Shown: one piece after another, positions 1 to 9,152 of the stretch
Layout: every line of letters begins with the position of its first letter
Position numbering within the stretch: the stretch's first letter is position 1
IMG/VR virus record: IMGVR_UViG_3300050343_000256
Coordinates: 20,979 to 84,978 of that record
Strand: one strand, 5' to 3'
Origin: a virus
Length of the DNA: 64,000 bases
The notes under the pieces: model-generated
Database searches by the model: none
What the model saw: only the letters and a program-made list of their open reading frames with translations
What the model was told of the DNA's origin: nothing
Position numbers and translations under genes: made by a program

Positions 1-23
1 TGAAGAATCTAAAGTCATCGTCA

Positions 24-257
24 TTGAGACCGAGTCAAGAACTGCTTCTCGCGGCACTGAAACGTGCATCAACCAAAGAAGACGTTCGAAACCTGTTGGA
101 CACATATGGCCACGAACCAGTGTCTTCTGCATGGAATCATCTTGATTCGATTGACAAGGCTGCGTTGTCTCTAGTCAGAGTTTTCAATGGATTCCTTCTC
201 CATGACACTGGATCAGAACCTGACCCTGTTCGAGACCAACAAACAAATCCTCAGTGA
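24..257 (+). CDS. hypothetical protein
   Basis: 77-aa ORF overlapping the next ORF; no recognised motif. Confidence 0.45.
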   Translation: MRPSQELLLAALKRASTKEDVRNLLDTYGHEPVSSAWNHLDSIDKAALSLVRVFNGFLLHDTGSEPDPVRDQQTNPQ

Positions 258-633
258 ACTAAAGAACACCAATATCCAACTGCGTCAGGTAGTTATCTAC
301 CAACAGCAGACCTGCGAGCAGCTACATGCGCTCAATCAATTGATGCAGGGGTTTACTAATAACGGTGCCTCCTTAAACGGTTACATCCCTGATGCTTTCG
401 TTTCGGCCTATGTTTCTGTCCTTGGGCCTGTACTTGCAAAGCGCCTAGATAAAGACGACATTGGTCTAGAGGAACTAATGAAAGGAGCAACGCTTTTAGC
501 AAGGCGATTGCTCGAAGAACTCAACGCTTACAGGAGTGAGCAAGAAGGTCGAGACGTACTGGCTGATGTGTTGGCAAACTCCAACGATCCTTGGGAGCGA
601 CCAGACAACGCACCATCCGAGCTTGAGTCGTAA
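187..633 (+). CDS. hypothetical protein (N-terminal coiled coil)
   Basis: 148-aa ORF, helical composition. Confidence 0.6.
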   Translation: MDSFSMTLDQNLTLFETNKQILSELKNTNIQLRQVVIYQQQTCEQLHALNQLMQGFTNNGASLNGYIPDAFVSAYVSVLGPVLAKRLDKDDIGLEELMKGATLLARRLLEELNAYRSEQEGRDVLADVLANSNDPWERPDNAPSELES

Positions 634-1099
634 GTCTTGCACTCTGCAAGACAAGCTGCTAATCTTAGGGCCATCGCTACGTATATAGCGGTGACCTAGG
701 CATCAAGGTGTCTGACAATCACTGTGATGATCCATGCGCAGTGATTGGGGTTTGGAGTGTCTCACTCTCTTCAAGCCTTGCGAGGATTCAAGGGGCTCGC
801 TCAGACACACGTAGTAGCTTGTGTAAGTCCTTAAGAATCAACTGCGCGTTGAAGCCATAAGTAGATAGAGGTGGTCAGTCCTCAGCCTTTATCTGCTTTG
901 CTCAAGTAAGTCGCAAACCTTTTCATAAGTCACCAGCGTTTAGATGACTTACTTAAATAAGCAGACATACTGACAGCGAGAGCCACGCAACCGGCGACAG
1001 CAAGGAAACCCATGAGTTTTAATGCGGGTAATCAAGGGAATATTCCCTGAATAATCTAGTGCAACAAAATCGTTACATTCATTAAAAGCTTCGGCGTTA

Positions 1100-1867
1100 A
1101 TGGATGAACCAACAAGGTTCGAAATAGATGGTGCCAGGCACTACCGAACTGATAAGCCTGGAAAAATTTACCCAAGTGTGACGACTATCCTCGGCAAAAC
1201 TGCGAGCGAACATTCCAAGAAAATTCTGGCCAACTGGGGCAAGAAGAACCCCGGCGGAATGGAGAAGGCAGCGGCCAGAGGCACTGCAATACATAAAGCC
1301 TGCGAGGATTACATTCGTGGCTTTCCTGTTGACGTACCAGATGACTACCTGCCGTTCTGGCGAGGCATCAGCAAACACTTGGATAAATACGATTACTTTG
1401 TATGGTCTGAGAAACCGCTAAAGCCAGAGTGGAATTACTGCGTTGGGCATGACGGAATTGCCAGGGTCTGGAGCCACGAATACGGCTTCGTCGGTTGCCC
1501 AGATATCGTAGGAGTGAGAAGTGGGGTTGTTATCCTGGGAGATTTTAAAACCTCAAACCAACCTTATTGCCGGTACTACGGTAAGGAGAATCCAGTATGG
1601 AAAGCCAACTTTACTGGCTGGAGCAAATTAAACAAATGCGGTCTGCAGCTCGGTGCTTACGCCCTTGCGGTCGAGGAGACTTTGGGACTCAAAGTGGACT
1701 GTGCGCAAATAATTGTTTCCACGCCAGAGATCGATCAGTCGTTCATGTTCCAAGGCGACGAGCTATCTAGGTTTCAAACGAAATGGCTTCAACGAGTCAG
1801 GCGCTACAAAGAGCTCAAGGAGATCGAGCACCAGGAGGAAATTGAGCGGCAAGCTAATGAAAGCTAG
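1100..1867 (+). CDS. PD-(D/E)XK exonuclease (Cas4/lambda-exonuclease-like phage nuclease)
   Basis: YPSVTTIL, AARGTAIH, GCPD...GDFKTS and QLGAYA motifs. Confidence 0.85.
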   Translation: MDEPTRFEIDGARHYRTDKPGKIYPSVTTILGKTASEHSKKILANWGKKNPGGMEKAAARGTAIHKACEDYIRGFPVDVPDDYLPFWRGISKHLDKYDYFVWSEKPLKPEWNYCVGHDGIARVWSHEYGFVGCPDIVGVRSGVVILGDFKTSNQPYCRYYGKENPVWKANFTGWSKLNKCGLQLGAYALAVEETLGLKVDCAQIIVSTPEIDQSFMFQGDELSRFQTKWLQRVRRYKELKEIEHQEEIERQANES

Positions 1868-1901
1868 ACGAATTTAGAATAATGGATATTACTAACTGAT
1901 A

Positions 1902-2648
1902 GTGTCTAATAACTTTCTCCCAACTCTCTACGACGCACGCAACAATCGACTATTTGGTGCTCGCCCTGATGGCACATATGCTTACGTAGATCCCAACCCC
2001 ACGACAAGGAATAGTCAGAACCCTGACTACATTTACGTTTCAGATACAGAAAATATAATCGAATTCGAAGTCCCAACAGGGAAGCATTACGTTGTTTACC
2101 TACCTGATGGGACCCTCGATAATTACATCAATAACTCTTACCCAACTAACAGCGAAATCCAAGTCGTCAACATCGGACAGGGCTCGCTCGAGGTCATTTT
2201 CTTTGGTTATACCTACGAACCCAAGTCTGTAAACGGCACTCAGCTCACCGGCCAATGGGCGGAAGCAAAGCTGCGATGCCGTGGCGAAAACGACTGGATC
2301 GTCAATGGTCAAGTCGGACCATCAAACGCCAAGAATTACTCAGTAGTCAACAGTGGTTCTGGCGCCTACGCTTTTACCGGCGAGGGCCTCACAAGCGAGT
2401 CAAATCCAAGCTTGACACTCATGGTGAACCAGGAACTTATCCTTACCGTGGACGCCACTGGACATCCACTATGGATAAAAGATGTCGGAGAGACTGGCGA
2501 AGGGACTGCAAGTATTGATGGTGCGGGACCTGTCGATAACAACGGCGCACAAACAGCGGTTATCAGGTTCCGTGCGTTCACTGCTGGCACTTACTATTAC
2601 AACTGCCAGTACCACGCTGGAATGAGGGGAACAATTACGGTCAGCTAA
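1902..2648 (+). CDS. protein with C-terminal cupredoxin-like copper-binding domain
   Basis: GHPL...YYYNCQYHAGMRGTITV gives His/Cys/His/Met type-1 copper ligands. Confidence 0.7.
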   Translation: MSNNFLPTLYDARNNRLFGARPDGTYAYVDPNPTTRNSQNPDYIYVSDTENIIEFEVPTGKHYVVYLPDGTLDNYINNSYPTNSEIQVVNIGQGSLEVIFFGYTYEPKSVNGTQLTGQWAEAKLRCRGENDWIVNGQVGPSNAKNYSVVNSGSGAYAFTGEGLTSESNPSLTLMVNQELILTVDATGHPLWIKDVGETGEGTASIDGAGPVDNNGAQTAVIRFRAFTAGTYYYNCQYHAGMRGTITVS

Positions 2649-3275
2649 TTAACCCAGAGCAGCTTTCGCACTAAAGGCTGCAGTGATGTCCTCGGCAGTC
2701 TCGTCAAGAATCCAGGCGAAACTCTCGACGCAATCATTGTCAAACTTTCCGTGCGACAGATCTTCCAAAACTTCACCTGTCAACCCAAGTTTCGTGAGAA
2801 TTTTCTGGCTGACATTCTTAGCTTTTAGCTGCTCAGCTGGCCATGTATAAAGAGGGTCTTCATGAACGACCTCAACGTTTTCAGCAAAGGGGAGACTGTA
2901 AGCATCACTCGCACTGGCCGCTGCGAGGATCTTTGGCATATCAGCTTGCACGCTTTCCTTGCGTATCCAAGACGTTACATCCTCAATGGTTACCTGTGAT
3001 ACATATTCTCCTGTCTTGTAGTAAGCACTCAATGCAGTCAGGCTGACCCCTAAGGTCTTTGCAAGGTTCTCCTGAATCTCCAAACCGACCTTGAAAGGCG
3101 ATATAGAACCCCTCAAATACTTTGTCAGTGTTCCAATCGTGATCGATATTTCAGCACACAACTCTCGCTGCGACAGCCTGTTGGTGATCATGCTTTGCTT
3201 TAACGCATTAACAAAGCGTTGATTGACCTCAGAGCAACTGTCGTGTGTTAGGTGTCGTTCGATTTGCGCGTTCAT
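2649..3275 (-). CDS. XRE-like HTH transcriptional regulator
   Basis: LSQRELCAEISITIGTLTKYLRG helix-turn-helix; divergent from the primase. Confidence 0.7.
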   Translation of the reverse strand: MNAQIERHLTHDSCSEVNQRFVNALKQSMITNRLSQRELCAEISITIGTLTKYLRGSISPFKVGLEIQENLAKTLGVSLTALSAYYKTGEYVSQVTIEDVTSWIRKESVQADMPKILAAASASDAYSLPFAENVEVVHEDPLYTWPAEQLKAKNVSQKILTKLGLTGEVLEDLSHGKFDNDCVESFAWILDETAEDITAAFSAKAALG

Positions 3276-3476
3276 GAAAAGAAGTTTACGACCAACCGCA
3301 ATAGGCGTGAATGCCTAGCAGCCTCACTTTGTACATCACTTTTTATAGCTGAATGCGAAGGGTAGTAGTACAAGGCTTTATACGTTTTTTGCATTTCCGT
3401 CAGAAACACGCACTATCGGGATCAAAGCTCGTCTTACGCATTGATTGCCAAGAGCAAATAACTCGCCATAATCGAG

Positions 3477-3911
3477 GTGACATGTCACTCATTTTGTATG
3501 CCAGACCAAAGTTGTATCGTCGAATACAGTATTCATAGCACCTGCTACCAGAAACGTCATAAGAAAAGTGATTTTTCGGACTCTTGGTCCCGTGATTGGC
3601 AACCAAAGGAAACCCCTTTAGAGGAACTCAGGGACTGGGTTGGATCTGGTATGGCTTTCATTGGTGCTCGAATGTCCTCACACCATAGGTCCAGCAGTGC
3701 GTTTGAGTGCAGCGATCTTGCAGTTGTTGATATCGACCACGGCTTGTCGATCAAAGAGTTTCTCGAACACCCACTAGCTGCAAGTGCGGCCTGGTCATAT
3801 ACACGAGCTCTCGCCATGGCCAAATGCCGGAAGATCGATTTCGAGTCGTGTTCAGACTGCCGCAGCGAATCCACGATCCTGAAATCTATAAGGGTGTCGT
3901 CACCCTTTTGA
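3477..3911 (+). CDS. primase-polymerase N-terminal part (frameshifted relative to next ORF)
   Basis: DLAVVDID motif; WSYT continues in the -1 frame as TSSRHG..DRFRVVF. Confidence 0.7.
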   Translation: MTCHSFCMPDQSCIVEYSIHSTCYQKRHKKSDFSDSWSRDWQPKETPLEELRDWVGSGMAFIGARMSSHHRSSSAFECSDLAVVDIDHGLSIKEFLEHPLAASAAWSYTRALAMAKCRKIDFESCSDCRSESTILKSIRVSSPF

Positions 3912-5995
3912 TCAGGTCACTCGGCAGTGATAAGAGCTGTTCTGACCCCTGCCGCATCTTCTATGGCAGCGATCCAACAGAGCATATTTTGTGGCAGCCA
4001 GAGGCTCAACTACCTGATTCAATTCTTGACGCTGCGGAAGATCATGCTCGGAAAATGGCAGCGCGAGCAGCTGTCTCTACAAACACGATTGATCAGCAAT
4101 CAATCGACCAAGCCGTCTTCGTTCTCGAGCAAGTCCTCGAGCCGACTGTTGATGGAGACCGAGACAGATTCCGATGCATCACCGCATCAGCAGCAACTGC
4201 TGGCTCAGCACTGTTTCCGGCCTGGAGCGACTGGGCGAGCAGAGGGCATCACGGCAAAGGAAAGAATGCAAAACAATCAACTGAGAAATTCTTCAGAGGA
4301 TTCCGTGGTTCAGGCCTCGGAACTCTGTTTTTCTGGGCATCAAAAGAGGACCCTGACTGGAGATCCAGGCTCCCTGCAGAGCTTCGACGATCCAGTGAAA
4401 GCTCTTCCCAATGCTTTGGGTCGGCACTTGGTTATGACCACAGCGATTTCATTGGAGATCCTGATGATGATTTCTTCTATGAGGGACCAACTCCCAACAC
4501 CGGAACCACTCAAGGTCTCTTTGACGCCGAGCGCCCATGGACCCAAGTGGCAGTCATTGAAAGACCGCCGGTAGAAGCACCGCCTATCAACACGAGTGAT
4601 TCAGATGACGACGATGGAGGCGATGGTTTCGGGGGTGATAACGAACCGCCTACAGAAGAAGGAGTTCCTCGAGTTCGAGCTGGTCGGGGCAGACCTCGCG
4701 GAGATGGTGAGGTTCAAGTTGTCGTCGATATCAAAACGAGACTGCAGCGCCTCTATCCAGGCTTGCGAATGAACTCCATGTCTCAAGACTTGGAATATGG
4801 ATCAGTCGAGAAACCAATCAAAGTTGACGACGCATCAACCGCTTATGTCCGCATCAGCAATGGGGCGGGGCAAGTATTCCCAAAGACGCTTACTTATGAC
4901 ACCGCTTTAATTGTCGGCAGAGAAAATGCCTATCACCCAGTTACCGCCTACCTAGAGAAGTGTGCCCTTAAAGGAGAGACCTGCGGCTATTTCGATCGGA
5001 TCGCATCGGAGCTACTCGGACTCAGGGGCGACGAGCTCACTAATCCAACGATGCCCTGCGGGAATCTGCTCGCCGATGTGATCATGAAACGCTTTCTGGT
5101 GGGAGCCGTTGCTCGAGTCTTGGAACCAGGCTGCACTCATGACTGGATGCCGATTCTCATTGGCTCTCAGAACTCAGGCAAGACAACATTTTTCCAATAC
5201 CTCACTCCTCCTGCTCCTGACTCACCGGGTTCCCACCCTTGGGTAAGCACTGTGCAGCAAGGGATCAATCTCCTGAAGGACCGGCCTCACATCCTCCACG
5301 CAGGCTGGTTGGTTGTTATGGATGAATGCGAGCGCTATTTCCGGCGTCAGTACACCGAGGAGCTCAAAAACATCGTCTCAATCGGAGTCGATCGCAGCGC
5401 AAGAAAATACGAGAACGAACGCAACTTCCTCCGCTCCTTTGTCCTAGCTGGTGCAACGAACTCAACCGATTTCCTGGTCGATCCAACCGGTAATCGCAGG
5501 TTCATGCCAATCGTCGTTGACGGCAAAGTTCCCAGCAAGGAAAACCCCAACATCCGCATCATTGACCTGGACCGTCTCAAAGAAGACCGGGACAAGATCT
5601 GGACGTCTGCGTATCAGGCCTATTTAGATAAACCGGTCCATACCTTCAGCAGCTATGAGCTGTCGTTCATGAAGGAGTATATGGAAACGTTCCAGTCAGA
5701 TAGTCCTCTGGAGTACCAGCTTGACCTAGTTATGACGACCAAGCACTCGGGTGAGCATGGCTCCGACCAAAGGAAGCAGCGGTACTGGCTGATGGCTGAT
5801 CTCTTTGAATGGCTCGAGATCCCTCTCAAAGAGGAACGGTCCATGGCTCGACACATCTCAGACGCCTTGAAGAAGAAGGGATTCACAAAGCGCCGTGTCA
5901 AGGTGCGGGGCAAGGTTCTCAATATGTGGCTGACAAGCGATCCGCTTTACAACGAGAGCCTTGGATCCGCTGCTCCGATGTCTCGAAACTGGTAA
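3824..5995 (+). CDS. primase C-terminal (PriCT-like) plus VapE/VirE-family helicase
   Basis: AWSDWAS...GLGTLFFWA; Walker A GSQNSGKTT; Walker B VVMDE; FVLAGATN; DPTGNRRFMPI. Confidence 0.85.
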   Translation: MPEDRFRVVFRLPQRIHDPEIYKGVVTLLIRSLGSDKSCSDPCRIFYGSDPTEHILWQPEAQLPDSILDAAEDHARKMAARAAVSTNTIDQQSIDQAVFVLEQVLEPTVDGDRDRFRCITASAATAGSALFPAWSDWASRGHHGKGKNAKQSTEKFFRGFRGSGLGTLFFWASKEDPDWRSRLPAELRRSSESSSQCFGSALGYDHSDFIGDPDDDFFYEGPTPNTGTTQGLFDAERPWTQVAVIERPPVEAPPINTSDSDDDDGGDGFGGDNEPPTEEGVPRVRAGRGRPRGDGEVQVVVDIKTRLQRLYPGLRMNSMSQDLEYGSVEKPIKVDDASTAYVRISNGAGQVFPKTLTYDTALIVGRENAYHPVTAYLEKCALKGETCGYFDRIASELLGLRGDELTNPTMPCGNLLADVIMKRFLVGAVARVLEPGCTHDWMPILIGSQNSGKTTFFQYLTPPAPDSPGSHPWVSTVQQGINLLKDRPHILHAGWLVVMDECERYFRRQYTEELKNIVSIGVDRSARKYENERNFLRSFVLAGATNSTDFLVDPTGNRRFMPIVVDGKVPSKENPNIRIIDLDRLKEDRDKIWTSAYQAYLDKPVHTFSSYELSFMKEYMETFQSDSPLEYQLDLVMTTKHSGEHGSDQRKQRYWLMADLFEWLEIPLKEERSMARHISDALKKKGFTKRRVKVRGKVLNMWLTSDPLYNESLGSAAPMSRNW

Positions 5996-6034
5996 TATGA
6001 GACTGTTGTGAGACGGGACTCATCTGAGACTCAT

Positions 6035-6063
6035 GCCATTCCCTTGCTGGGAGTGGCTTTTTT
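6035..6063 (+). terminator. intrinsic terminator after primase-helicase
   Basis: GCCATTCCC-ttgct-GGGAGTGGC stem followed by TTTTTT. Confidence 0.7.
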
Positions 6064-6140
6064 ATTTAGGGGCTGATCCAATCACCTGCTGGTTTGCTAT
6101 CAAGACACCGCTTAATCGCTGTTCACGATATGAGTCTCAT

Positions 6141-6355
6141 CAGGTGACACTAGGTGCCATGCTCCTACAACCTTTCTCCAGGAAAATAAATTCAAATCAC
6201 CCTTCTTTTCTTGCTGTCTTCCCTCTAGCGAATAGCTTTCATTTCGCTAGACTCATCACACGATTGGAAGCGGTTTCTTGGTTGTCCGTATAAACCAAGA
6301 GGGAAAGGAATTACCTGGAGAAAGGTGGGAGGCACGCGACACCGCATGTCACCTG
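6141..6355. repeat. 42-bp imperfect inverted repeat (arms 6141-6182 and 6314-6355); candidate origin
   Basis: perfect cores CAGGTGACA/TGTCACCTG and ACCTTTCTCCAGG/CCTGGAGAAAGGT at matching spacing. Confidence 0.65.
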
Positions 6356-6550
6356 AAAGGAACCCAGTCATATCAACGGATCTGCGGTGACATGCCAAAC
6401 GGGCAGGTTACAAGATCTGCAAAGGAGGGCAAACGCATTGCAGCGCAACGAGTTACGGCGAACTGCATTTGACAAAATGACAACTAAAACCAAAACAGCT
6501 TGCAAAACGCCTGACATCTTTTACTATTCCGGCACCAGCGAAGAGCATCC

Positions 6551-6844
6551 ATGGCAAATCTGACAATCAATCACCCCCTGTACGCAACTGATCGAGAGAT
6601 AGTGGATGGGCTCCTCGCTCAATCGCAGCCAGACACGCTCGCACTCAGTCATGCAGGGCGGCTTTTCATCCGGTATGAAGGATTCCCTGGCGCATACGAT
6701 ATTAAAGAAGACTTGGCCAAATGCCTAAACAATTGGGGCATGGATCGGGATCAAATGAATGCATCCTGCATCAAGCTTTGGGGCGAAGGGTTTCGACCTG
6801 GCGATGCCTCAAATGAACTTTCTATAGGCTCTGGCGCAAGCTAA
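6551..6844 (+). CDS. DUF3288-like cyanobacterial protein
   Basis: HPLYATDREIVDGLL...RLFIRYEGFPGAYDIKEDL...W matches the family pattern as recalled. Confidence 0.75.
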   Translation: MANLTINHPLYATDREIVDGLLAQSQPDTLALSHAGRLFIRYEGFPGAYDIKEDLAKCLNNWGMDRDQMNASCIKLWGEGFRPGDASNELSIGSGAS

Positions 6845-6846
6845 CG

Positions 6847-7104
6847 ATGAACGGATCATTCGAGATAAAAGCCATGCTGCGTAGCACTGAGCCTTCCTGT
6901 CATGTGCTTCTCGAATGTCAAAGGGCATTAGAAGCCAGCAAAGACATTAAGCTCCACCGACTTATCGGCCAAGCATTGGATCGCTGGGGAATTTCGAAGG
7001 ATGAACTGAGGATACGGAATCGCCTATGTGAGCTGGACTTTAATGCTTCTCCAGTTTCCGAAGCCTGCTCTCGTGATCTTGCAATCGAGTATCAAGGGCA
7101 TTAA
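6847..7104 (+). CDS. hypothetical protein, possibly a distant paralog of the upstream gene
   Basis: ALDRWGISKDEL resembles CLNNWGMDRDQM. Confidence 0.4.
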   Translation: MNGSFEIKAMLRSTEPSCHVLLECQRALEASKDIKLHRLIGQALDRWGISKDELRIRNRLCELDFNASPVSEACSRDLAIEYQGH

Positions 7105-7246
7105 TATCCTGGCCAATATCAATACGAAGCAATTGGACTTCTTTTAATATTGCTTCCATACCGCGCTGCATTTTGCCTTGCTCGAACGCCATGCGCCACA
7201 GAGCTCCAACAGCAGCAACACCAATAAGAGCACCAACTTCAAGCAT
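7040..7246 (-). CDS. small membrane-anchored coiled-coil protein
   Basis: N-terminal hydrophobic helix, LQDHESRLRKLE tail; TAGAAT 26 nt upstream. Confidence 0.6.
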   Translation of the reverse strand: MLEVGALIGVAAVGALWRMAFEQGKMQRGMEAILKEVQLLRIDIGQDINALDTRLQDHESRLRKLEKH

Positions 7247-7286
7247 TTTATTTGCTTGTATTTTCTCCTTCTATTCTAAGAAGAAC

Positions 7287-7793
7287 ATGGACAATCTTCG
7301 TGCTCCAAAAGCTCCAACTCATTGGGATCAAAGATTTCTCGTCATCGCTTCTCACTTTGCTGGCTGGTCGAAAGATCCATCCACAAAAGTAGGCGCAGTA
7401 GCGGTACGCAATAGAAGAATTCTTGCGCAAGGGTACAACGGACTACCCGCTGGAGTTTCTGATACAGAGGCGAGACTTATGGACCGGACGACAAGACTTG
7501 CGATGACTGTGCATGCAGAAACCAATTGCATCTGTCATGCCGCACAGAACGGAGTGTCGTTGATTGCAGCCACCATGTATGTATGGCCTTTGATGACATG
7601 CAGTAACTGCGCATCAATGCTGATCCAGTCAGGAATTATCAAGGTAGTGGTTCCAAACTTTGTAGAGCCGCAGCGCTGGCAGGATTCATTTGACCTAGCT
7701 CGAACGATGTTCCTAGAAGCTGGAGTTTCGGTTGACCGAATCCCAATGTCAGGCCCAATCAATCCAATGGAAGAAGATGATTCAGCGCTCTGA
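7287..7793 (+). CDS. dCMP deaminase
   Basis: SKDPSTKVGA, GYNG, HAE and CSNCA zinc motifs; ATG at 7287 is more plausible than 7173. Confidence 0.9.
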   Translation: MDNLRAPKAPTHWDQRFLVIASHFAGWSKDPSTKVGAVAVRNRRILAQGYNGLPAGVSDTEARLMDRTTRLAMTVHAETNCICHAAQNGVSLIAATMYVWPLMTCSNCASMLIQSGIIKVVVPNFVEPQRWQDSFDLARTMFLEAGVSVDRIPMSGPINPMEEDDSAL

Positions 7794-7850
7794 AATAGCA
7801 AGCAACGAAAAATGACTAACCTATCTTGCAGAGCGCAAGACTTCTGATTA

Positions 7851-8093
7851 ATGTTGGCTTTACAGGTTGGACATCGAATCCTGCATAAGGTCACCGGCCA
7901 GGCAGGGTTTGTGACGTCCGCTTCTTCAGCCACTGGCTGGAATAAAGGATTAGTCACCGTCACACTTGAAGGTTCAACGCGATCGGAAGATTGGCCTCTA
8001 AGCCAAGTCCGCCTTCGCCAAAGCTCTGAGCAGCTGGCAATTCATGGCGGCGAGTTCATTCCACCAAAGGGTTTTCCCCTAAATACAAAATGA
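7851..8093 (+). CDS. hypothetical protein (small beta domain)
   Basis: 80-aa ORF, 4-bp overlap with next gene. Confidence 0.55.
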   Translation: MLALQVGHRILHKVTGQAGFVTSASSATGWNKGLVTVTLEGSTRSEDWPLSQVRLRQSSEQLAIHGGEFIPPKGFPLNTK

Positions 8094-8386
8094 GCACAAA
8101 AGAGTCAAGACGACAGGCGCCGCGCTTTGGTATTGGCGACCGTGTCGTCGAGGTAAAAAACTTTGGCGACCACTGTATTCGGCCAAGTCATCCTGACTTT
8201 GAGAAAATTACACGGATGATTCACCACCGCCGGCAAGGCTGCGTTGTCGGATTTAAGACAGCGAAGAACACTCGTGGCCATGCCATTAATTATGCGCTTG
8301 TGATTTGGGATCAATTCAAAACACCAACTCAACACTGTGTGTCGAGATTGCGCCGAATGGAAGCACCCGAAACTGTCAACGCATGA
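8090..8386 (+). CDS. hypothetical protein (SH3-like pattern)
   Basis: FGIGDRV...GCVVG...YALVIWD pattern. Confidence 0.6.
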   Translation: MSTKESRRQAPRFGIGDRVVEVKNFGDHCIRPSHPDFEKITRMIHHRRQGCVVGFKTAKNTRGHAINYALVIWDQFKTPTQHCVSRLRRMEAPETVNA

Positions 8387-8418
8387 AATCGATACATTCT
8401 CAGCATTAGGAATCACAT

Positions 8419-9108
8419 ATGGCACAGTGGCCGCTACCACCTGATCTGCATTCAAGAACAGAGGCTGGTCCGCTGTGCCCTTTCAGCGACCACTCCCTTG
8501 GGAGTAGAGACGGACGAATCGCGAGATATGACGACAGCCATGCTTGCGTGAGATGCGTCTCAGCACTAACAGAGGGAAGGCTGACTCTGGATGTTCACAA
8601 GATTCACCGCAATCATCGTCGTCGTTTTCTCGAGTTCTGGTCGTTCGTAGAAATAAATGAACCAGATGAATGCTGGCCATGGCGAGGCAAGCAGCATTCA
8701 AAGACTCACTCTACATATTTCTCTATCCCACGATTCTGGGGAAGCGCACGTCAATACTCCGCTCAGCGTGCTGCTTTCTGGTACAGCTGGGGTGACGTTG
8801 GGAGACTTCCCATTAAGGCAGTTTGCGGAAATAATCAGTGCTGCAATCCGTTACATCTGAAAGCAAAGGGAGTTCCCCACTTTCATCACAACAGACATAT
8901 GAGCAAAATTGACTTGGAGTACAACTCAAACAAACTCGAGCACGATACGCTTTTATTCTTAGAAGCAACCAAGGAGAAAGACTCAAGACGCTTTGAAAAG
9001 ATTCAAAAAACCAACAAGCTCTGGATTGATTTCCGGATGTCATCAGACAAGCCAGTCCAAATTGAAGACCTGATAAAGGCTGCGATGACAGAAGAAGACA
9101 GTCCTTAG
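8419..9108 (+). CDS. HNH/His-Cys-box endonuclease-like protein
   Basis: DECWPWRG...CGNNQCCNPLHL; the usual AHR is AQR here. Confidence 0.65.
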   Translation: MAQWPLPPDLHSRTEAGPLCPFSDHSLGSRDGRIARYDDSHACVRCVSALTEGRLTLDVHKIHRNHRRRFLEFWSFVEINEPDECWPWRGKQHSKTHSTYFSIPRFWGSARQYSAQRAAFWYSWGDVGRLPIKAVCGNNQCCNPLHLKAKGVPHFHHNRHMSKIDLEYNSNKLEHDTLLFLEATKEKDSRRFEKIQKTNKLWIDFRMSSDKPVQIEDLIKAAMTEEDSP

Positions 9109-9152
9109 AATTAGTCAATTAGAAAAGAAACTTACACAGTACGTTTAGAGCT

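Noticed and set aside
1100-1867. CRISPR-associated cas4
   Set aside because: No four-Cys Fe-S cluster pattern and no CRISPR context; it fits an ordinary phage PD-(D/E)XK exonuclease.
1902-2648. petE (plastocyanin) call
   Set aside because: No signal peptide, much longer than plastocyanin, and lacks the HN motif context; only the copper ligand pattern is shared.
3927-4574. 215-aa alternative-frame ORF inside the primase, and many similar shadow ORFs in the track
   Set aside because: Fully nested in well-supported genes with no recognisable motifs; most likely incidental open frames.
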